DNA from: Candidatus Kryptoniota bacterium
GTDB taxonomy: Bacteria > Bacteroidota > Ignavibacteria > Kryptoniales > Kryptoniaceae
Reading direction: 5' to 3'
NCBI GenBank assembly: GCA_041640855.1
Contig: JBEPZK010000002.1
Span: 24,964-88,963, forward strand
DNA: 64,000 bases
Within the stretch, counting starts at the first letter, position 1, and each line of letters opens with the position of its first letter. This document shows positions 20,013-28,486 of the stretch, piece by piece. The position numbers and the translations under genes are program-made. The notes beneath the pieces are model-generated. The model was not told the DNA's origin. It searched no databases and was given only the letters and a program-made list of their open reading frames with translations.

Positions 20013-22604
20013 GTGATGGAAATGATGAGAAAAATTTTTAAGGTTTTGAGTTTAGCCCTGTTTCTTGTCGTGAATTTTTCCATTTCTCAAATTTTACCAC
20101 CAGAGAAGTATTTTGGATTTAGAATGGGGGAAGATAAGAAGTTGATCGGGTGGGACGAGATAGTTTCATATTTCAATTACGTTGATAAAAATTCAGATAG
20201 GGTAATAGTCGAAGAACTTGGCAAAACTACTTTGGGGAAACCATTTATAGTTGCGATCGCATCGTCAGAAAAAAATATAAAAAGCATTCAAAATTTGAAA
20301 TCAATTCAAAGAAAACTTGCAAAACCATATGATTTAAATGAAAAAGAAGCGAAAAGTCTAATTCGAGATGGGAAAGTTTTTGTCTTGATAACGATGAATA
20401 TACATTCCACCGAGATAGCTGGAAGCCAGGAATCGGTTGAATTAATTTACGAGTTTGCTACACGAAGCGATGATGAGATGAAGAATATACTTAACAACTG
20501 TGTTATTCTTTTGATCCCATCGCTTAATCCCGATGGTCAGCAAATGGTTGTCGATTGGTATAAAAAATATGTCGGGACAAAATATGAAGCATCGCCTATG
20601 CCTTGGTTGTATCATTATTACGCTGGGCATGACAACAACAGGGATTTTCATTTCTTTAGCTTGGTTGAATCAAGGTTGACCGCAAAAGTTTTATATCACG
20701 ATTGGTTTCCGCAGGTTGTTTATGACCAGCATCAAATGGGCTCAAATGGTCCCCGCTTTTTCGTCCCTCCTTATTCAGACCCTGTAAATCCAAATGTTTT
20801 GCCTGAGATAATGGCTCTTACAAATTTGTTTGGGAAATATGTCGTCTTCGATATGATTCAAAAAGGCTTCAAAGGCGTTGTAACTGGTGGAAGGTTTAAT
20901 GCATACTTTCAAGGGACGATGTCCAAAACTCCGCTCTGGCATAACAGAGTCGGGATTCTCTCAGAGGCAGCAAGCGTAAGAATTGCGACTCCGATTTATC
21001 TTCCATATGGAAGCATTGGAGGTCTTGGAGATGAGATCCCGGATAACAGTTTGTCAAACAATAATCTATATCCATTCGAAGAAGGATGGTGGAGTTTAAG
21101 GGATATAATCGATTATGAAAAAGCAGCAACATATGCTATTCTTAATTTTTCAGCCAACAATAAAGAAAAAATCTTGTGGACCTTTTACAACGCAAATAAA
21201 AAATCAATTGAAAAAGGTTTAAACGAACCACCATATGCTTATTTAATCGATCTTGACGCACAATATGACCCAAATTCCGCAGTTGAACTTGTGAAAAGAT
21301 TACAAATTGCCGGCGTCGATGTTTATAAAGCAAAGAAAAGTTTTACAGTTAAAAATGTAAGCTTTTCCTCAAACACTATAATTATTCCGCTTGCTCAGCC
21401 GTGTAGAGGCTATATCAAAGACCTTATGGAAGTTCAAAATTATCCCGACATTCGCCTCTATCCGGGTGGGCCACCGAAACAGCCTTATGACGTCACCGCT
21501 TGGACTTTACCATTGCAAATGGGCGTCGATGTCTTCGAATTGAATGAAAAGAAAGAAATACCGATGGAAAAAATCGATGGGGAATTAAAACATGCCTTTG
21601 CGGTTGAACTCTCTGGCTCAAAAATTCCAAAAACTGGAAATTATCTCACATTCGAGAGAAGATTCATTAATTCATATCGTCTTGTTAATTTGCTTTTGAA
21701 GGAGGGGATAGAGGTTTTCTATGTCGATAAAGATATTTCTGATTTAAAAGGAAATTTTGTTGTGAAAAATAGCAAAGAAACGTTCGATAAAATTGTTTCA
21801 CTTTCAAAAAATCTTGGTGTGGAGATAAAAGCAATTGATGACCTTGGAAAGGCGACAATTGTCAAGGTGAAGAAGAAAAAAATTGGAATATATCAACCTT
21901 GGATTACGAGCATGGACGAGGGCTGGACTCGCCTTGTGCTTGATAGTTTTTACTTCGATTACAAAATTCTTCACAATCAAGATATAAAAGATAAGAAGAA
22001 GCTCGAAGAGCTCGATGTTTTAATTTTGCCAAGCATGAGGACTGAGGCCATTGTCGAAGGAAGAGGATTTGGTGAGCAACGCGGAATCGACGCGCCTCAA
22101 ATTCCAGAAGAATATAAAGGCGGAATTGGAAAAGAGGGAGTTGAAAATATAAAAGAATTTTTGAAAAACGGAGGATATTTGATCGCATTGGGTGAGGCAA
22201 GCGATTTTGTAATTGAGCAAATCGGCGTTCCAGTTAGAAATGTTTTGAAAAATGTAAACACAAGGGAATTCTTTGCCCCTGGAACAATTGTGAACTTAAA
22301 AATAAACGATAAAAATAATACAATCGCATATGGTTTCCGCGATTATGTTCCAGCATATATAATAAATCCAATCGCATTTTCGACCACCGCATATGCGGAT
22401 GAAGTATCAGTGATCGCGACTTTCGATGAAAACAGAGTTCTTTTGAGCGGATATCTTAATGGTTCGGATAAAATAAAGGGTAAAATTGCATTGTGTGAGG
22501 TTCCGTATGAAAAGGGAAAAATTTTAATGTTCGCATTTAGACCACAGCATAGATCGCAGACATGGGCAACTTTTAAATTCATCTTCAACGCACTTTTAAA
22601 TTAA
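20013..22604 (+). CDS. Secreted M14-family zinc carboxypeptidase
   Basis: Signal peptide; zinc ligands NIHSTE and DQHQM; LNPDG, HDNNRD and PYDVTAWTLP; C-terminal amidotransferase-like domain. Confidence 0.85.
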   Translation: MMEMMRKIFKVLSLALFLVVNFSISQILPPEKYFGFRMGEDKKLIGWDEIVSYFNYVDKNSDRVIVEELGKTTLGKPFIVAIASSEKNIKSIQNLKSIQRKLAKPYDLNEKEAKSLIRDGKVFVLITMNIHSTEIAGSQESVELIYEFATRSDDEMKNILNNCVILLIPSLNPDGQQMVVDWYKKYVGTKYEASPMPWLYHYYAGHDNNRDFHFFSLVESRLTAKVLYHDWFPQVVYDQHQMGSNGPRFFVPPYSDPVNPNVLPEIMALTNLFGKYVVFDMIQKGFKGVVTGGRFNAYFQGTMSKTPLWHNRVGILSEAASVRIATPIYLPYGSIGGLGDEIPDNSLSNNNLYPFEEGWWSLRDIIDYEKAATYAILNFSANNKEKILWTFYNANKKSIEKGLNEPPYAYLIDLDAQYDPNSAVELVKRLQIAGVDVYKAKKSFTVKNVSFSSNTIIIPLAQPCRGYIKDLMEVQNYPDIRLYPGGPPKQPYDVTAWTLPLQMGVDVFELNEKKEIPMEKIDGELKHAFAVELSGSKIPKTGNYLTFERRFINSYRLVNLLLKEGIEVFYVDKDISDLKGNFVVKNSKETFDKIVSLSKNLGVEIKAIDDLGKATIVKVKKKKIGIYQPWITSMDEGWTRLVLDSFYFDYKILHNQDIKDKKKLEELDVLILPSMRTEAIVEGRGFGEQRGIDAPQIPEEYKGGIGKEGVENIKEFLKNGGYLIALGEASDFVIEQIGVPVRNVLKNVNTREFFAPGTIVNLKINDKNNTIAYGFRDYVPAYIINPIAFSTTAYADEVSVIATFDENRVLLSGYLNGSDKIKGKIALCEVPYEKGKILMFAFRPQHRSQTWATFKFIFNALLN

Positions 22605-22616
22605 AAAAATTTCAAA

Positions 22617-23561
22617 ATGAAACTATCAAACTTTTTCGAGAGACCACTTGTAAAGGTTCTACTTTTTGTGTTTATATGCGCAATTTGGGGTTCGACATGG
22701 TTTATGATAAAAGTTGGCCTTCAAGAATTGCCTGTTCTTCTTTCTCTTTCGCTTCGCTTTTTGACAGCAGGCATTGTACTTTTTATAATTTTGAGGCTAT
22801 TCAATATTCAAGTTCCGATGAATGAAAAACAGATTTACCTTTACCTCTACCTCACATTTTTCTCTTTTCTGTTTCCGTTCTCGCTTGTCTATTGGGCAGA
22901 GGTTACAATCCCGAGCAATTTAGCGAGCATTTTGTTTTCAACGATGCCGTTCTTCGTGGCAATTTTCGCAAGGTTTTTTCTTAATGAGGAGTTAAATCTT
23001 TTCCAAAAAATTGGGCTTTTTCTTGGATTTATCGGTGTCGTTTTGATTTTTAAAATTGATACCGCTCGAATAGATTTTGTACAGAATAAACGATTCTTCG
23101 TCAGTATGTTCGCGGTCATCTTGAGCGCGATGTTAAATGCATCGGTTTTAATCATGGTTAAAAAATATGGCTCAGCGATTCACCCACTTGCGATAAACTT
23201 TATCCCTCTAACTTTGAGCGGTTTACTTCTTTTGCTTGCTTCAGGCATAATTGAAAATTGGAGCGATGCTAAATTTGGAATCAAAGGAGTTGGAAGTGTA
23301 ATTTATCTTGGAATATTTGGTTCGATCGTTACTTTTGGAATTTATTATTGGCTTTTAAAGAAAGTCCCGGCTGTGATGATGTCGCTTACTGCTTTTTTGA
23401 CGCCTGTTTTCGCTGTTTTGATTGGTGTATTCATCGGGAAGGAATTAATCACATTAAACATTTTGCTTGGCACGGTTCTCGTCCTGACTGGGATGCTTCT
23501 CGTCAATTTATCTTTTTGGATAAAAAAACTTGCGAGGACTTCAAAGAAAACTTATGACTAA
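22617..23561 (+). CDS. EamA/DMT family transporter
   Basis: IWGSTW, LRFLTAG and YLGIFGSIVTF motifs; about 10 TM helices. Confidence 0.88.
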   Translation: MKLSNFFERPLVKVLLFVFICAIWGSTWFMIKVGLQELPVLLSLSLRFLTAGIVLFIILRLFNIQVPMNEKQIYLYLYLTFFSFLFPFSLVYWAEVTIPSNLASILFSTMPFFVAIFARFFLNEELNLFQKIGLFLGFIGVVLIFKIDTARIDFVQNKRFFVSMFAVILSAMLNASVLIMVKKYGSAIHPLAINFIPLTLSGLLLLLASGIIENWSDAKFGIKGVGSVIYLGIFGSIVTFGIYYWLLKKVPAVMMSLTAFLTPVFAVLIGVFIGKELITLNILLGTVLVLTGMLLVNLSFWIKKLARTSKKTYD

Positions 23562-25521
23562 ATTCAAAATTTTACTCGAAAATATTGTTTTATCGCTTAT
23601 AATTTCGCTTACGTTGTTTTCGCAAGCAAGCCATGATTTCGACGTTTTGCATTATGAAATTTACATTGACCTCTACAATGGGCTTGTGCAGAAAAATGGC
23701 TTTTACAACGGATATACAAAAATTAAATTCGTTGCGAATAAAAATTTGGATGAAGTGAGCATCCACGCCTCAAGCGCAGTTCTTAAAATCGACTCTGTTG
23801 CTTGGTTAAATTACAGGTTGAACTTTCAAAGAGATTCGGATATCTTGAAAATAATTTTCCCAAGGTCGATTTCGCAAAATGAGACAACGACAGTTGCAAT
23901 TTATTTTAAAAGGGAATCAAGCGTTAACAAAGGATTTTATTTTTACAGAAGCGATGCGTTTACCCCGAACTTACCATCAGATATCGCATATACGATGACC
24001 GAGCCATCAGATTCAAGATATTGGTTTCCATGTTATGATGAACCATGGGACAAAGCAACTGTTGATGTCATAGTTAAAGTTAAAGACAATTTTCTTGTTG
24101 CGTCAAACGGTCTCTTAATTCGGGATGAAAAAATAAATCAAAATGAAAGAATTTTTCACTGGTCTTCGCAATATCCAATGTCGACTTATTTAATTTGCTT
24201 TGCGACTTCAGAATACATCACATTTTCAGACTGGTATCGCAAGGTTTCAAATCCAAATGATTCAATCGAGATAAAGTATTATGTCTGGCGTGAGGACTCA
24301 ACTAAAGCAGTTAACGCTTTCAAAAATGTCGTCGATATGATGAGATTTTTTTCTTTGAAATTTGGTGAATATCCATTTGAAAAATATGGTATGGTCGCAG
24401 TTTATCCGTTTAATTACGGCGGGATGGAACATCAAACGATGACGACGATTCATAGGAATTGGCTCAGCGGAAATTACGAAGGTGGGATTGCTCATGAACT
24501 TGCTCATCAATGGTGGGGAGACCTTGTTACTTGTGAAAATTGGAGCGAAATTTGGCTTAACGAAGGTTTTGCAACCTACAGCGACGCTTTATATACGGAG
24601 TATAAATATGGTTTTGAAAGCTTTAAATCCAAACTGCAAACTTGGGCGAGGAGTTATTTTTCAGAAGATTCGTTGATAAGGTATTCAATTTATAATCCGC
24701 CGGCAAATAAACTTTTTGGAATCGCAGTTTACTTTAAGGGTGCATGGGTTTTGCATATGTTGAGAAATTTGATCGGTGATTCAGCTTTCTTCGAAGTTCT
24801 TCGTGAATGGGGGAGAAGATATGCATACAGCACAGGCACAACGGAAAAATTTATTCGGGTCGTAAATGATATAACTGGCAATGATTACCATTGGTTTTTC
24901 GATCAATGGGTTTACGATTCGGGTTATCCAGTGTTGACATTTGAAGTCACCTCAATTGATTATGATGCGACAAATTCAGTGAATTTATCATTGCGAGTAA
25001 AACAGGTGCAGAAAAATGCGAGGGTTTTCAAATTACCAATTGAGTTTAGGTTTCAAAGCCAAAATCTTGATACGACTTTAACTTTTTGGAATTACACCGC
25101 TGATACAACATATAAAATTTCGTTGAATTATGCAGAGCCTACCGGCTCTATAAAAGTTCAACTAGACCCAAATGAAAAAATCTTGAAAAAGATGCTTGCT
25201 CCCTCCATGAGCGAAGTCATAATCCAGCACGAGTTTGAGTTTAATCTTCATCAAAATTATCCGAATCCGTTTAACACATTGACGAAAATTTCTTTTGATA
25301 TTGCTGGAAAATGGGAAGTTTATGATTGTGAGTTAAAAGTTTTCGATATACTCGGAAGAGAGATTGCAGTGATTTACAGAGGTAAAATTGTCCCAGGAAG
25401 ACATAGCGTTTATTTTAATGCGGAGGGGCTTTCTTCCGGTATTTACTTTTATGAGTTGAGGGTTTTTAATAACCGCAAATTGCTTTACCGAAGGAGTCGG
25501 AAAATGGTTTTGATAAAATAA
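23554..25521 (+). CDS. M1 aminopeptidase with T9SS type-A C-terminal sorting domain
   Basis: GGMEH, HELAHQWWG and WLNEGFA; tail QNYPNPFN...FDILGREI...LSSGIYFY...KMVLIK. ATG 23554 overlaps the upstream stop. Confidence 0.9.
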   Translation: MTKFKILLENIVLSLIISLTLFSQASHDFDVLHYEIYIDLYNGLVQKNGFYNGYTKIKFVANKNLDEVSIHASSAVLKIDSVAWLNYRLNFQRDSDILKIIFPRSISQNETTTVAIYFKRESSVNKGFYFYRSDAFTPNLPSDIAYTMTEPSDSRYWFPCYDEPWDKATVDVIVKVKDNFLVASNGLLIRDEKINQNERIFHWSSQYPMSTYLICFATSEYITFSDWYRKVSNPNDSIEIKYYVWREDSTKAVNAFKNVVDMMRFFSLKFGEYPFEKYGMVAVYPFNYGGMEHQTMTTIHRNWLSGNYEGGIAHELAHQWWGDLVTCENWSEIWLNEGFATYSDALYTEYKYGFESFKSKLQTWARSYFSEDSLIRYSIYNPPANKLFGIAVYFKGAWVLHMLRNLIGDSAFFEVLREWGRRYAYSTGTTEKFIRVVNDITGNDYHWFFDQWVYDSGYPVLTFEVTSIDYDATNSVNLSLRVKQVQKNARVFKLPIEFRFQSQNLDTTLTFWNYTADTTYKISLNYAEPTGSIKVQLDPNEKILKKMLAPSMSEVIIQHEFEFNLHQNYPNPFNTLTKISFDIAGKWEVYDCELKVFDILGREIAVIYRGKIVPGRHSVYFNAEGLSSGIYFYELRVFNNRKLLYRRSRKMVLIK

Positions 25522-25537
25522 ATTTATGGAGGAGGCT

Positions 25538-26917
25538 ATGAAGTTTAGGACTATAATTGAGCCGTTCAAAATCAAAGTTGTAGAACCTATCAAATTTACG
25601 ACCGAGGAAGAACGAGAGAAAATTTTGGAAAAAGCTGGTTATAATGTTTTCAACATTCCTGCGGAGGATGTAATAATTGACCTTTTAACGGACAGTGGGA
25701 CGAATGCGATGAGTTCAAAACAGTGGGCTGGGATTATGGACGGCGATGAATCATATGCTGGCTCGAAAAGTTTTTACAGATTTGAAAGCGTAGTAAGAAA
25801 GATAACTGGATTTAAACATATCATCCCAGTTCATCAGGGAAGAGCTGCGGAAAAAATCTTATTTTCAATTGTTGCTGGACCAGGGAAATACATCCCAAAC
25901 AACACTCACTTTGACACGACGAGAGCAAACATTGAGTTTGTCGGAGGGACTGCGGTTGATTTGCCAATTCAGGAAGGAACTCAGTCAGATGTATGGCATC
26001 CGTTTAAAGGAAATATGGATGTGGAGAAACTTGAAAAATTTATAAAGGAAAAGGGCCCTGAAAACATTCCTCTTGTTATGTTGACGGTGACAAATAATTC
26101 AAACGGAGGACAACCCGTTTCGATGCAAAACATAAGGGAAGTCAGGGAGGTTTGCGATAAATATGGAATTCCCCTTTTTTTAGATGCATGTCGATTTGCT
26201 GAGAATGCATATTTTATAAAAAAGAGGGAGAAAGGTTATGAGAATAAATCGATTTTCGAAATAGCCCGCGAAATGTTTTCTTATGCTGATGGTTGCACTA
26301 TGAGCGCGAAAAAAGACGCATTCGCAAATATAGGTGGGTTTCTCGCATTAAATGACGATGACCTCGCGTTAAAAGCAAGAAATGTTTTAATAGTAACGGA
26401 AGGTTTCCCGACCTACGGTGGACTTGCTGGTAGAGACCTTGAGGCCATCGCTCAAGGACTTGAGGAAGTTCTCGATGAAAATTATTTGCTTTATCGAATA
26501 AGGTCTGTTGAATATCTTGCGGAAAAATTAATTGATCGCGGTGTTCCTGTTTTAATCCCGCCGGGAGGACACGCGGTTTATCTCGATGCGAAAAAATTTG
26601 CACCGCATATTCCGCCGGAACAATTTCCGGGGCAATCAATAGTTGTTGAGTTATACAGAGTTGGGGGAATAAGAAGCGTTGAAATTGGCAGTGTTATGTT
26701 TGGTCGAAGGGATAAGGAAACGGGGAAATTTATCCCGCATATAATGGAGCTTGTCCGACTTGCGATACCAAGAAGAGTTTATACCCAAAGCCACATCGAT
26801 TATGTCGTCGAGGTTATAACCGAGGTTCACAAAAATAGAGATAAATTGAGAGGGTATAGAATCGTTTACGAAGCGCCTATATTAAGGCATTTCACCGCAA
26901 GATTTGAACCGATTTAA
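25538..26917 (+). CDS. tnaA: Tryptophanase
   Basis: EPFKIKVVEPI, DLLTDSGT, HQGRAAE, MSAKKDA PLP-lysine motif, RLAIPRRVYT and LRHFTARF. ATG 25538 follows GGAGG. Confidence 0.88.
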   Translation: MKFRTIIEPFKIKVVEPIKFTTEEEREKILEKAGYNVFNIPAEDVIIDLLTDSGTNAMSSKQWAGIMDGDESYAGSKSFYRFESVVRKITGFKHIIPVHQGRAAEKILFSIVAGPGKYIPNNTHFDTTRANIEFVGGTAVDLPIQEGTQSDVWHPFKGNMDVEKLEKFIKEKGPENIPLVMLTVTNNSNGGQPVSMQNIREVREVCDKYGIPLFLDACRFAENAYFIKKREKGYENKSIFEIAREMFSYADGCTMSAKKDAFANIGGFLALNDDDLALKARNVLIVTEGFPTYGGLAGRDLEAIAQGLEEVLDENYLLYRIRSVEYLAEKLIDRGVPVLIPPGGHAVYLDAKKFAPHIPPEQFPGQSIVVELYRVGGIRSVEIGSVMFGRRDKETGKFIPHIMELVRLAIPRRVYTQSHIDYVVEVITEVHKNRDKLRGYRIVYEAPILRHFTARFEPI

Positions 26918-26945
26918 TTAAAAACAAAATTTCAAGGAGGTAAAG

Positions 26946-28424
26946 GTGGGTTTATTTAGAAAAAAATCGGTTAATCAAATTTTAGCTGAAGCGGAAAGTG
27001 GAGAAAATCGGCTTAAAAGGGCTTTAAACGCTCTTGATCTGACAGCTCTTGGAATTGGTGCAATTGTTGGAGCAGGGATTTTCGCCCTGACAGGAACTGC
27101 AGCAGCTGGTGGAGCTCACCACATTGGCGCTGGTCCTGCTATTGTGATTTCTTTTATCATCACTGCACTTGCCTGTGGCTTTGCAGCTTTATGCTATGCT
27201 GAACTTGCATCAATGCTTCCAATTTCTGGGAGTGCTTACACATATTCTTATGCAGCTTTTGGTGAGTTTATCGCGTGGATTATCGGTTGGGATTTGATAC
27301 TTGAATACGCAGTTGGGAATATAGCAGTTGCTATAAGTTGGTCTGCATATTTTGTGGAACTGCTTCGAGGATTTGGGATCACGCTTCCCGCATGGTTGAC
27401 AACCGATTATGTAAGGGCAGTGAACACACCGGAGATTTTAAATTCTGCTCCGCAGCTTACAATTCCGTTTATAAACAAAACAATTCCGATCTTTTTCAAT
27501 TTGCCTGCTTTTGGAATAGTTGCTTTGATTACAATAGTTCTTGTGATTGGAATTCGGGAAAGTTCTACCTTCAATGCAATTATGGTAGCGATTAAACTTG
27601 TGATTTTGTTGTTTTTTATCATCGCGGGCGCTTTTTATGTCAAACCGGAGAATTGGCAACCCTTCGCGCCTAATGGTTGGAAAGGAATTATGACTGGCGC
27701 TGCGCTTGTTTTCTTCGCTTATATTGGTTTTGACGCGATATCAACCGCAGCAGAGGAAACCAAAAACCCTCAAAAAGATTTGCCGATAGGAATTATAGGT
27801 TCACTCGTGGTTACGACAATTCTTTATATTGCGGTTGCAATTGTCTTAACAGGAATGATTCCATATACTGAGTTGAATGTTCCTGAACCTTTGGCAAAAG
27901 CTTTTAGTTCAATAGGATTAAATTGGGCTGCTGGAATAGTTGCTTTTGGTGCAGTAGTTTCAACGACCGCGGTTCTTCTTGTTTTCCAGCTTGGACAACC
28001 TAGGATATTCTTCTCAATGGCAAGGGATGGGCTTCTTCCCCAATGGTTTGCAAAGATTCACCCTAAATTTAAAACACCACATGTGACGACTATATTAACT
28101 GGGATTTTCGTAGCAATTCCAGCTGCATTTGCTGACATTGGCGAAGCGGCGGAGTTGACAAACATTGGAACGCTTTTTGCGTTTGTTTTAACCTCTGCTG
28201 GCGTCCTTGTACTGAGATATACAAACCCGGACGCGCCCAGACAGTTCAAAACACCGCTTGTTCCGGTAGTTCCGATTCTGGCGATTTTAACCTCCTTTTA
28301 TCTTATGTTAAGTTTGCCAACTATAACGTGGATTCGCTTTTTCGTTTGGCTTTTGATAGGGTTAGCGATTTACTTTTTATATGGATATAGACATAGCAAA
28401 CTTCGAAATCAAAGTCAAGTCTGA
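26946..28424 (+). CDS. APC-superfamily amino acid permease
   Basis: GIGAIVGAGIF, SGSAYTY, IGWDLILEY, FFAYIGFD and RIFFSMARDGLLP; SD AGGAGG before the GTG start. Confidence 0.92.
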   Translation: MGLFRKKSVNQILAEAESGENRLKRALNALDLTALGIGAIVGAGIFALTGTAAAGGAHHIGAGPAIVISFIITALACGFAALCYAELASMLPISGSAYTYSYAAFGEFIAWIIGWDLILEYAVGNIAVAISWSAYFVELLRGFGITLPAWLTTDYVRAVNTPEILNSAPQLTIPFINKTIPIFFNLPAFGIVALITIVLVIGIRESSTFNAIMVAIKLVILLFFIIAGAFYVKPENWQPFAPNGWKGIMTGAALVFFAYIGFDAISTAAEETKNPQKDLPIGIIGSLVVTTILYIAVAIVLTGMIPYTELNVPEPLAKAFSSIGLNWAAGIVAFGAVVSTTAVLLVFQLGQPRIFFSMARDGLLPQWFAKIHPKFKTPHVTTILTGIFVAIPAAFADIGEAAELTNIGTLFAFVLTSAGVLVLRYTNPDAPRQFKTPLVPVVPILAILTSFYLMLSLPTITWIRFFVWLLIGLAIYFLYGYRHSKLRNQSQV

Positions 28425-28453
28425 TTGTTAATTAACTTTCTTTGTGTTATATT
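28425..28453 (+). promoter_or_regulatory. Probable sigma70-type promoter
   Basis: TTGTTA (28425-28430), 17-bp spacer, TATATT (28448-28453), upstream of the ATG at 28487. Confidence 0.5.
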
Positions 28454-28486
28454 TAGCATAAATAAAACCACATTGAAGTAGCTGAC

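Noticed and set aside
25538-26917. Tyrosine phenol-lyase as an alternative to tryptophanase
   Set aside because: The PLP-lysine motif MSAKKDA fits TnaA better than TPL (MSGKKD), though this is not decisive without an alignment.
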